A DNA stretch of 64,000 nt from Candidatus Caldarchaeales archaeon (GTDB lineage: Archaea > Thermoproteota > Nitrososphaeria_A > Caldarchaeales > Calditenuaceae). The notes under the pieces are model-generated. The model was not told the origin of the DNA, did not search any database, and saw only the letters and a list, made by a program, of their open reading frames with translations. Every line of letters begins with the position of its first letter. The stretch's first letter is position 1. Below, in pieces: positions 56,118-64,000 of this stretch. The stretch is from NCBI GenBank assembly GCA_039630085.1, contig JBCNVM010000002.1:1-64000 (forward strand). The letters run 5' to 3'. A program made the translations under genes and the position numbers.

Positions 56118-56177
56118 GCCGCGATGATGAAGGACTCTCCTGTGAGCCGATGATCGGCCATGGGGTAACTGAGCGCC
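56118..56177 (+). ncRNA. C/D-box methylation guide sRNA
   Basis: C box ATGATGA 56124-56130, 11-nt guide, D' GTGA 56142-56145, C' ATGATCG 56150-56156, 12-nt guide, D box CTGA 56169-56172. Intergenic, with a TTTATC box about 30 nt upstream. Confidence 0.75.
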
Positions 56178-56203
56178 TCTCTCTGAGAGCCCTGTGGAGA
56201 GCC

Positions 56204-56587
56204 TCACTGGCCGTGACCGCAGATGTCGCAGTTCTCCACGTCAAGCTCGGGCTCGAGGTACTTGTGAAGCTCGCAGAGGGTCCTGTCCTGTCTTATCTTG
56301 TCCATCGCCTCCTGGATCGCCTTGACGACCCTGTGGGGGTCCTGGCTGTCGAAGGCGACCGTGGCTATCTCGTCGGCGTACCTCTCGAGGGCCTGGATCT
56401 TCGGGCCCGCGTAATAGGCCCTTCCCCTTACCGCCCTCAGGTAGTTGCTCACCGAGGCCTGGGTTATCCCGAGGAGGTGGGCGGTCCTCTCCTGCGTCAG
56501 CCCGTACTCGAGGACCAGCCTCTTCACCACAAGGGCCCTCAGCGTCGGCAGAAGCCACCTCGCCTCGATCTCGCTCGGCAGCAGCAT
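56204..56587 (-). CDS. Archaeal HTH regulator (COG2522-like) with C-terminal C-x2-H...C-x2-C motif
   Basis: P.E......LP.LR, GLTQ...A.LLGITQ.SVS.Y....RG; CELH..CDIC. Confidence 0.85.
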   Translation of the reverse strand: MLLPSEIEARWLLPTLRALVVKRLVLEYGLTQERTAHLLGITQASVSNYLRAVRGRAYYAGPKIQALERYADEIATVAFDSQDPHRVVKAIQEAMDKIRQDRTLCELHKYLEPELDVENCDICGHGQ

Positions 56588-56653
56588 GATTTTCCTCGAT
56601 TAACGGCGTTATACCCGTATATTTTAGTGTCGTCTCATCCCGTTCGAGCCGTC

Positions 56654-57466
56654 TCACAGCTTTACGAGCTCTATCCCGAGCTCCTCGGCGATCGCCGCCA
56701 CCGCCGGCCTGTGCTGGCCCGGAGTGCCCTTCCAGTCGACGAGCAGATACCTGCAACCGTCGCGAACGCTCGCCGCGGCCTCACCTAGCAGGTCGACCCC
56801 CTCGGGCATGCAGTACTTCGGGAGGACGTGCGTGACGTCGTAGAGGCGATGGGCCATGACCCTCGTGAAGGTCGGCGCGTAGTGCCCTCCTCCCACGCCT
56901 ATCGAGCCCCTGCTCGAGGGATAGCTGGACCCAATTGTCCTCACGCAGGCCTCCGCGACCGCCTCAGCCGCGGCCGGGTCCCTCCTCGCGTCCTCTGGCC
57001 CGCCGAACTCCACGTAGATCAGCGGGACCGGCGAGTAAGGGCCGTGGTGGGTCACCTCCAGCCCCACCCACCAGCCCTCGAGCTTCCTGTCGGACCGGGC
57101 CTCCTCGGTCAGCGCGTCGAAGGCGACCCTCGTAGCCCCCGCGTGCGTCGCCGAGATCCTCCTGGGCAGGCCGCCGTGAGAAGCCTCCGACGTCCAGTTG
57201 CCGGTCGAATGGACGGTCAGCGCCCTGACGCCGTGCTCGGAACGATGAGTCGACGCCACGACCAGCAGATCGGACTCCAATGAGGTGAGCTCCTCGACGG
57301 TCGCGTGGAGGTGGGGGCCTCTGAGGACGTAGGCCCTGAAGCTCCCTTTCGACAGGACCTCAAGCCCCCCGACCTCCATGACCTCGAAGCCCAGCACCTG
57401 AAGCAGGTAGTCCCTCACCATCATCGATGACCCGTCTGCCCTCGAGAGGACGATTGATGCCCTCAA
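56654..57466 (-). CDS. dtdA: D-aminoacyl-tRNA deacylase (archaeal DTD2)
   Basis: S.H.S....LTVH.TGN, LEVTHHGP, VEFG, G.GGGHYAP.F, H..PKY, DWKG. Confidence 0.92.
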   Translation of the reverse strand: MRASIVLSRADGSSMMVRDYLLQVLGFEVMEVGGLEVLSKGSFRAYVLRGPHLHATVEELTSLESDLLVVASTHRSEHGVRALTVHSTGNWTSEASHGGLPRRISATHAGATRVAFDALTEEARSDRKLEGWWVGLEVTHHGPYSPVPLIYVEFGGPEDARRDPAAAEAVAEACVRTIGSSYPSSRGSIGVGGGHYAPTFTRVMAHRLYDVTHVLPKYCMPEGVDLLGEAAASVRDGCRYLLVDWKGTPGQHRPAVAAIAEELGIELVKL

Positions 57467-57545
57467 CCCGCCCGCGTCGTCCGTGCGCCTCGTATTTACC
57501 TGAAGTCCGAAGATCCGCGGACTGACTTGAGGGTCGCTTACTACG

Positions 57546-59003
57546 CTACAGCCTGATCCCGAAGAGCGTCTGCAGCAGGACCGCGACTAGGAAGTAGCCG
57601 TAGAAGAACGTCCCGGCCACGAGGAGCAGCGTCGTAACAGGGCCCCCGCGTATCTCCTTCGGTAGGAACTTGTAGTTGACGACTATCTGCAGCGGGAACG
57701 CGATTGTCAGCGCGAAGAGGCCGAGGTTCGCCCCGAGCGCCACCAACTCGAAGGGCTGAGCCCACCTCATGGTTATCGCGCCCACCATCAGCACCATCGA
57801 GACCCCGAAGATCAGGTAGAGCACGGTGTAGTAGAGCCTCCTGACGTCGTCCCTGAAGAGCCTCCTGACTCTCTCGCTCGCCATCCAGAAGTTGTCCGTG
57901 ATCACACGGCTGACGGAGTCCATGAGGCCCCACTGGGTGTCGAAGAGGATCCAGAAGCCTCCGAGGAGCACGATCACCCAGGCCAGCGCGCCCGCCACGG
58001 CCTTGAGGGCCTCGGCCTGAGCGGCGGCCACCGCGAACCCGGTCGGGGTAAGTCCCCGCGGCACCAGGAGGGAATAAGCCATCGTCGTCGTGACGTAAAC
58101 TGTGACGAACGACACGAGGCTGAACACTATCCAGGAGTCGACCCTCAGCACGTTGAGCCACCCCTTCCACCTCCGGAGGTTCTCAGGGGTGACGGTGAAG
58201 GGCATGTCGTCCGTCGAGAGCTTCATGTTCCTCCCTCCGATGATCGCCGAGATGTAGCCGGCCTTGGCTCCCATCCCCCAGCCCTTGTCCCTCGCGTAGC
58301 TGCTCATCATCAGGTTGAAGCCGAAGCCGGCTGGGATGTACGCGATGGCCGCTGCGAGGACGAACCAATCCGCGTTCCTCGGGAGGTTGACCGTGAAGAT
58401 CCCCCTGCCGACCTCGATCCAAGCGGAGGTCGGTGCGGCGATCACCACCGCGGCCGAGATCGTCACGAGCATCAGGATTACGATGGGCCAGCTCAACAAC
58501 TCCAGCGTCCTCTCGATCTTCCTGCCGACGTGAAGGACGCCGAGCCCAGCGACCAGCGCTATCACTCCCCAAGCGAGCACCAGACCCGAGTGGGCAGGAC
58601 CGGGTAGGGTCCCCAGCTGCAGCGCCACCGCGGCCGTCGCCGACGAGATGGCCCAGGCGGGCCAAATTACGGGCACGAAGAGCAAGACGGACCACACCCA
58701 GGCCCACGCGATGCCTCCGGGCCACAGCCTCTGGTAGAACTTGTGGACAGGCTGTCCGCAGTAGACGATGGTCTTCATCGACTCCACCGCGAGCACCGCT
58801 TGGAGCACGCAGGAGAACGCCGCCGCCCACATCAAGTAAGGCCCGAACCTCACGACCGCTGCCGGGAAGAGGATCCACTCGCCCGCGCCGATCGCCAGCG
58901 ACGTCATGATGACGCCGGGTCCCACGGCCCGCAGGTAAGACCGTAGACCAGGCCTCGGCGGCTCGGGAAGCTCTACGACCTCCGTGGGCTTCACGGCCGT
59001 CAA
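57546..59003 (-). CDS. NRAMP-related (APC-fold) secondary transporter
   Basis: GPG.......IGAGEW, 11-12 TMs, YARDKGWGMG, F.TQ....D...R..TD. Confidence 0.8.
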   Translation of the reverse strand: MTAVKPTEVVELPEPPRPGLRSYLRAVGPGVIMTSLAIGAGEWILFPAAVVRFGPYLMWAAAFSCVLQAVLAVESMKTIVYCGQPVHKFYQRLWPGGIAWAWVWSVLLFVPVIWPAWAISSATAAVALQLGTLPGPAHSGLVLAWGVIALVAGLGVLHVGRKIERTLELLSWPIVILMLVTISAAVVIAAPTSAWIEVGRGIFTVNLPRNADWFVLAAAIAYIPAGFGFNLMMSSYARDKGWGMGAKAGYISAIIGGRNMKLSTDDMPFTVTPENLRRWKGWLNVLRVDSWIVFSLVSFVTVYVTTTMAYSLLVPRGLTPTGFAVAAAQAEALKAVAGALAWVIVLLGGFWILFDTQWGLMDSVSRVITDNFWMASERVRRLFRDDVRRLYYTVLYLIFGVSMVLMVGAITMRWAQPFELVALGANLGLFALTIAFPLQIVVNYKFLPKEIRGGPVTTLLLVAGTFFYGYFLVAVLLQTLFGIRL

Positions 59004-59322
59004 GGCGATTCGCCGGATGAGAGCGCGATAATATAACTCTGAAAGGGAAGGGGCATCCGCATCGAGGTGACGCGCGGTCAGGAGGCCGTCTCTCGCGGCT
59101 CAGACCATCGGAATGAGCGCCTCCCGGAGAACGGGCCCAGACCCTCGGGCTCAGCTCCGGATCTCCGGCCTCTCGGACCTCCTCCTGACTGGTGCAGGGC
59201 CCCTTGCGAGCCTCCACTCCCGCTGCGTGGCGGTTGAGAGGTCATCTGGGTGCGTCTCCGAGTTTTCACCGTATGCTTCGTGTGAGAACGCTTAAATCAC
59301 CTTCGGAGCTCGGCCGGCTGAA

Positions 59323-60960
59323 ATGGCGGTAACGGTCGAGGAGGTCAGGCGTGAGCTTAAGCAGAGGCTCGTGACGACCACCAGGAGCATCTGCCCTGAG
59401 TGCAACAGGATCCTCCCGGCCGAGGTCTTCGAGGAGGACAACAGGATCTACATCCGGAAGGTCTGCCCCGTACACGGCGAGTTCGACGAGCTCTACTTCG
59501 GAGACGCCCAGATGTACTACAAGTTCGCTAGGTGGCTGAAGGACGGCAAGGGGACAGGGAATCCCGACGTCGAGATGCCGAGGTGCGCTTGTCCGGCCAA
59601 CTGCGGCCTCTGCAGCAGCCACCTGAGCCATACCGGTCTCGCGAACCTCGTGATCACGAACCGGTGTGACCTCCACTGCTGGTACTGCTTCTTCTACGCC
59701 GAGAAGGCCGGCTACATCTACGAGCCGACCCTCGAGCAGATCAGGGAGATGGCCTTGAACCTCAGGGCCGAGAGGCCGGTCCCGGGCAACTCGATCCAGA
59801 TCACCGGGGGTGAGCCTACGCTGAGGGACGACCTCCCGGAGATCGTGAGGATACTGAAGCAGGTCGGCGTGGACCACATCCAGCTCAACACGAACGGCAT
59901 CAGGCTCAGCAGGGACTTCGAGTACTTCAAGAGGCTGAAGGAGGCCGGGATCAGCAACCTCTACCTGAGCTTCGACGGCGTCACCCCCAGGACCAACCCG
60001 AAGAACCACTGGGAGGTGCCCGGCGTCCTCGAGAACGCGAGGAAGCTCGGCGTCGGGATAGTGTTGGTCCCCACGGTCATCAAGAGCGTCAACGACCACG
60101 AGCTCGGCGACATCGTGCGCTTCGGGTTCGCGAACGTCGACGTCATCAGGGCGGTCAACTTCCAGCCGGTCAGCCTCACGGGCAGGATGCCGAAGAGGGA
60201 GCGGGAGAAGTACAGGATCACGATCCCCGACTGCATCGCGAGGATCGAGGAGCAGACCGGCGGCGAGATCCCGAAGGACGCATGGTTCCCGGTCCCTGCC
60301 TGTACGCCGCTGACCGGTTTCCTCGAGGCGTTGACCAGGAGGGCCCACTACGAGCTGAGCATCCACTTCGCCTGCGGTGCAGGCACCTACGTCTTCAAGG
60401 ACGGCGACAGGATGGTCCCGCTGACTGCGTTCGTCGACGTCGAGGGCCTAGTCAAGTACCTCCAGGACAAGGCCGAGGAGATCGAGGCCGGCCGGAACAG
60501 GGCCTGGGTCGGGCTGAAGGTCCTCTGGAACATCGGGAAGTTCATCGACGAGCGGAGGCAGCCCGCGGGCATGAACCTCAAGAGGATGCTCTTCGACATC
60601 CTAGTCAAGCACGATTACAAGAGCGTCGGCGACTGGCACAGGAGGTCTCTCTTCCTCGGGATGATGCACTTCCAGGACAAGTACAACCACGACGAGGAGC
60701 GGCTCAGGAGGTGCGACATCCACTACCTCACTCCGGACAACAGGATCATCCCGTTCTGCGCCTTCAACGTAATCCCCGAGTGGTACAGGGACAGGATCCA
60801 GTCGGTCTACGGCGTCTCTATAGAGGAGTGGGAGAGGAGGACCGGGAGGAAGCTCTCGGACGACTTCTACAAGAGGAAGCTTCCGGTGAAGCAGGCCCCA
60901 GTGCCCGTGGCGTCGACGAAGACCGCCGGCTTCGGCGGTATGGTCCAGAATACCGCCTGA
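59323..60960 (+). CDS. tes: Tetraether (GDGT) lipid synthase, radical SAM
   Basis: N-terminal CPEC...CPVHG, CP.NCGLC..H, TNRCDL.CWYCF radical SAM motif, NFQPVS, H..CG, MHFQD.YN.D..R..RC.IHY...IPFC. Confidence 0.88.
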   Translation: MAVTVEEVRRELKQRLVTTTRSICPECNRILPAEVFEEDNRIYIRKVCPVHGEFDELYFGDAQMYYKFARWLKDGKGTGNPDVEMPRCACPANCGLCSSHLSHTGLANLVITNRCDLHCWYCFFYAEKAGYIYEPTLEQIREMALNLRAERPVPGNSIQITGGEPTLRDDLPEIVRILKQVGVDHIQLNTNGIRLSRDFEYFKRLKEAGISNLYLSFDGVTPRTNPKNHWEVPGVLENARKLGVGIVLVPTVIKSVNDHELGDIVRFGFANVDVIRAVNFQPVSLTGRMPKREREKYRITIPDCIARIEEQTGGEIPKDAWFPVPACTPLTGFLEALTRRAHYELSIHFACGAGTYVFKDGDRMVPLTAFVDVEGLVKYLQDKAEEIEAGRNRAWVGLKVLWNIGKFIDERRQPAGMNLKRMLFDILVKHDYKSVGDWHRRSLFLGMMHFQDKYNHDEERLRRCDIHYLTPDNRIIPFCAFNVIPEWYRDRIQSVYGVSIEEWERRTGRKLSDDFYKRKLPVKQAPVPVASTKTAGFGGMVQNTA

Positions 60961-61213
60961 TTTCGAGCCGGATTTCTCAGACCGTTTCAGCCAGTTCCAC
61001 CGCCTCTCAGCGTGGTCCATTGACACGACGTAACCTTAACACTTCCAAGGTCTGATCGGAGGGACATCGGAAAATAGAGTCTTCCCGGATATCGGTCTCA
61101 GCGGATACGCTAGGACCTCAGGGAGCACCTCGTGACCGTAGAGCCCGAATTAACCTCCGCGGGACCCTTCTCTCAGGTCACTCTAGCCTGCTCGATTGCG
61201 TTTCGTGCGTTTT

Positions 61214-62590
61214 TCAGCATATGTTAGAATATAATACGTTGTTCGGGTCGACAGCATCCTTTATTTTAGATAGAAGGATTGAAGCAGGGCCGGGATCCCT
61301 TTCAACCCATTTCCTCCTCAGCTGTCCGACGCCGTGGTGATGGCTTATCGTCCCGCCGAACTCCAGCGCCACATCGAACGCCGTTTTCACTATCTTCCAA
61401 TACAAGGCCGGGTCCCTCTCATACACGATGGTGTAGTACAGGGCGCCTCCGTTCACGTAAAAGTGCGAAGCGTGGGCCAATACTCCGGCTACTCCCGTGA
61501 GCTCTTTCATCCTGCTCCGCATTGACTCGTGGAGCCTCGGGATCTTGGACCATGTTGCCGCGACGTCTACGGTCTCAAACCAAAGACCCATCGAGTCCAG
61601 CAGCTTCATTTCATTCAAGTAGTTGAACCTGGACTTGAGCCACGAGTCGTAAGGTCCCTCGCCCATGTAAGAGCCGCCTAATTCCTCCACCCTATTCCTA
61701 GCCTTCTCCCATGTGGTCGTCACGAGCTCTTGCTCGTAACCCTCGTAACTCAGCAACAGCACCGGCTCGTTCGAACCGAACCTCACGACCGATTCGGACT
61801 CGTCCGATAATCGGGCCACTGAAGGTCTCATCCCGTTGACTATCAGCTCCCTCACGATTCTCAAGCCTGCGCTGAAGCTCCGCGTCCCGAAGGCGGCCCT
61901 GACCGAGTACTTCGGTAAAGGGAGCACCCTCAGAGTAGCTTTGGTGATCACGCCGAAGGCCCCCTCCGAACCGACGAAGAGGTGAACCAGGTTGGGGCCC
62001 ATGGACGAACGGGGCGTCAGCACGTTCCTTGTCTTCAGGATCTCTCCGGTGGGCGTCACGACCTCGAGGTTCAGGACCAAGTCCTCGACGTTGCCGTAAC
62101 CGGTGCTGTACTGACCCGAGCTCATAGACGCTATGCAGCCCCCTACGGTGGCTAGATGGAACGACTGGGGAACGTGCCTCAGGGTGTATCCCCTGACGTT
62201 GAGCCACTCCTCGAGGTCGCAGAGCAGCGCTCCCGCCTCCACGGTGACCGTCAGGTCCTCCTCGCTGAAGTCGACCACTCTCTTCATTTTGCCCAAGCTC
62301 AACACCACGCAGTCGTCCGGGGGAGCGGAGGCTCCGGTAACGCTGGAACCGCCTCCGTGCACCACGACCCGGACCCGGTGCTCGTTCGCCTTCCTGAGCA
62401 CGTACGAGACCTCCTCGGCGCTCTCGACGGAAATCACGGCCTTGGGTCTCAAGTTCCAAGATCCCAGCCTCTCCAGAAGCATCGCCAGAGGCCACCAGTC
62501 CCTCGAGTACCTGCTGATCTCCTCCTCGTCCGTCCTGACGTCGTCGCCCAAGGACGCGCACACATCTCTGAGGAATTCCTCTAGGCCCAT
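61214..62590 (-). CDS. FAD-linked oxidase, alkyl-dihydroxyacetone-phosphate synthase-like (VAO/PCMH family)
   Basis: GGGSSVTG, H.PQSF..ATVGG.....SSGQYST.YGN.ED, GSEGAFGVIT, HASHFY..G..LY, ISHHHGVG. Confidence 0.85.
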   Translation of the reverse strand: MGLEEFLRDVCASLGDDVRTDEEEISRYSRDWWPLAMLLERLGSWNLRPKAVISVESAEEVSYVLRKANEHRVRVVVHGGGSSVTGASAPPDDCVVLSLGKMKRVVDFSEEDLTVTVEAGALLCDLEEWLNVRGYTLRHVPQSFHLATVGGCIASMSSGQYSTGYGNVEDLVLNLEVVTPTGEILKTRNVLTPRSSMGPNLVHLFVGSEGAFGVITKATLRVLPLPKYSVRAAFGTRSFSAGLRIVRELIVNGMRPSVARLSDESESVVRFGSNEPVLLLSYEGYEQELVTTTWEKARNRVEELGGSYMGEGPYDSWLKSRFNYLNEMKLLDSMGLWFETVDVAATWSKIPRLHESMRSRMKELTGVAGVLAHASHFYVNGGALYYTIVYERDPALYWKIVKTAFDVALEFGGTISHHHGVGQLRRKWVERDPGPASILLSKIKDAVDPNNVLYSNIC

Positions 62591-63972
62591 CTCACGGCCC
62601 TCCTCCACGCGTTCGCATCGACCATTACCTCGAGCTCTCCGGGCTCGGCGATCAGGTCCACGTCAGCCCTTTCCTCCAAGTCCCGCATGGATAGCGTGCC
62701 GTCGTACAGCGCCAACAACATTGCCACGCCTCTGCCTGAGGCGTCCGCTCCCCTGACCCTCTCGACCCTGCGACCGCACGCCGTCGACAGGAGCTTGAGG
62801 TAACAGGCGCTGTTGCTGAGCCCGCCGTCGGCCCTTATCACGCTGCGTCTCCCGGCCACCCTTTCGACGGCCTCGACGATGCTGTGGGCTGACAACACCA
62901 GGCTCTCCAGGACCCCTCTGACCATGTCGCTCCTGCTGTGCGCCAGCGATAGTCCGTAGAGAAGACCTGTGCCTCCCTTCCTCCGGGGGAACCTGGTCTC
63001 GATCAGCGAGGGGACGAACACCGTCGCGTGCTCAGCCTCCGTGACGGCCCTGTCGAGTCCTCTTACATCGTCCAGAAGGCCGACCCTACAGAGCCATTCC
63101 ACCGTCGATCCACCGGCGGAGGTGTATCCCTCGATGGCATACGCCCTTCGACCGCCGATGTTGTAGACCACCAACGGTATGAGCTCGCCGCCCGGAATCG
63201 TGAAGTCGGCTACCGTCGCGTCCACGAACGTCCCCGTGCCGCTGGTGATCTTCAAGCAGTCTCCCCTGAGGCACGAGGAGCCTATGATCGCGGACTGCTG
63301 GTCGGCTATCAGGGCCGCGACGTCGACGCCCTCGATCGACCCGATGTGGCCGCAGTTGTCCACGATCTCGGGGCCCACGGACTCGGGTATGCCCAGCAGG
63401 GTGTAGACGACCTCAAGCCTCTTCGTCGTCTTGGGGTGGATGAGGCCGGTCAGCGCCTCGTTGGACAGATCGTTCAGGTACCTCTTGGAGGCGACGTAGG
63501 CTACGTAGGAGCTCAAGGTGCCGACGAACGCCTCTCCCCTAGAGACCTCCTCCCTGAGCGCGGGGTCGCTCTCCAGGAGCCACTTGATTCTGACCGCGGG
63601 GCTGTCCGGCCTGATCACCTTCCTCAGCACGGGGACGAGCCTGAGCGCCCTGTAGAGCGGCCTGGACGTCACCGCCCTGCCCCTGACGTCGAGCCACGTG
63701 ATCACGTCGGTCAGTGGCTGACCTCCCTTGTCCCACGCCAGCACCGAGCCCCTGTAGGTGGTTATGCCGGCCAGCTTGACTCCGTAGCCCCTCAGCCTCT
63801 TCACGAATCCCAGCAGGGCTTCCCTTATCGCAGTCGCGCTCTGCTCGACGTGACCCTCCGCGGTCCTCCGGAGGGGCACGCTCACCCTCTCCCTGTGGAC
63901 GCAGTTCAGCTGCTCGTCGTAGACGCAGAGCTTGATGCTGCTGCTCCCTATGTCGACGACGCCGTACTTCAT
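62581..63972 (-). CDS. FGGY carbohydrate kinase (glycerol kinase-like)
   Basis: DIGSSSIK, ITWLD.R, D.SN...TG, ADQQSA..G, K.T.GTG.F, DGGLS. Confidence 0.88.
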   Translation of the reverse strand: MKYGVVDIGSSSIKLCVYDEQLNCVHRERVSVPLRRTAEGHVEQSATAIREALLGFVKRLRGYGVKLAGITTYRGSVLAWDKGGQPLTDVITWLDVRGRAVTSRPLYRALRLVPVLRKVIRPDSPAVRIKWLLESDPALREEVSRGEAFVGTLSSYVAYVASKRYLNDLSNEALTGLIHPKTTKRLEVVYTLLGIPESVGPEIVDNCGHIGSIEGVDVAALIADQQSAIIGSSCLRGDCLKITSGTGTFVDATVADFTIPGGELIPLVVYNIGGRRAYAIEGYTSAGGSTVEWLCRVGLLDDVRGLDRAVTEAEHATVFVPSLIETRFPRRKGGTGLLYGLSLAHSRSDMVRGVLESLVLSAHSIVEAVERVAGRRSVIRADGGLSNSACYLKLLSTACGRRVERVRGADASGRGVAMLLALYDGTLSMRDLEERADVDLIAEPGELEVMVDANAWRRAVRWA

Positions 63973-64000
63973 CCCGCGACGACCTCCACGAGCTCGGCAT
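63969..64000 (-). CDS. 3' end of an upstream gene, truncated by the window edge
   Basis: Frame ...AELVEVVAG-TGA overlaps the kinase ATG (ATGA coupling). Confidence 0.5.
   Translation of the reverse strand, partial: AELVEVVAG

Noticed and set aside
59040-59285. RNase P RNA, SRP RNA or TPP riboswitch call for this intergenic region
   Set aside because: Only a loose GAGGAGGTCCG resemblance to RNase P CR-I. The other conserved regions, the SRP helix-8 motif and the TPP core were not found, so it is kept only as an unexplained structured region.
38310-60960. carS, mvaD, prenyl synthase and tes as a lipid gene cluster
   Set aside because: They are spread over 22 kb among unrelated genes on both strands; chance proximity in a small genome is sufficient.
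60961-61213. Possible pseudogene or mobile remnant between tes and the FAD oxidase
   Set aside because: No recognisable reading frame, terminal repeats or transposase fragment.

Overview
High-GC, gene-dense archaeal chromosome segment. The archaeal assignment rests on GatD/GatE, RNase P Rpp30/Pop5, Pcc1, L37ae, CarS and tetraether synthase. S30e points to the TACK side, and the aerobic respiratory genes plus high GC suggest Aigarchaeota/Caldarchaeales (inference). The window opens with the leader end of a CRISPR array (24-bp repeat, no cas genes in view). Most of the rest is housekeeping: purine (guaB-purA-purB), Moco, NAD(P)HX repair, Rieske/cytochrome b, translation/tRNA, isoprenoid/ether lipid and gluconeogenesis genes. 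Four elements are missing from the ORF track: a CAU tRNA with a non-canonical 43/44 intron, the S30e gene, a 41-aa zinc-finger ORF and a C/D-box sRNA. The best candidate for an undescribed system is a three-gene module at about 53.7-55.5 kb. It encodes a Met-rich blue-copper protein, a C2H2-finger/His-rich membrane-anchored protein and a Met-rich membrane protein, and all three carry the same CGTTTCA box upstream. Other oddities: a bacterial-type 3-ketosteroid dehydrogenase, LsrF, a haloarchaeal-type phosphomevalonate decarboxylase, an alkyl-DHAP-synthase-like/FGGY kinase operon next to tes, a likely CTG start for gatE, TatC with a zinc ribbon and a PPAT with an HTH-like extension. All calls come from motifs recognised by eye; no database searches were run, and some start codons are best estimates.
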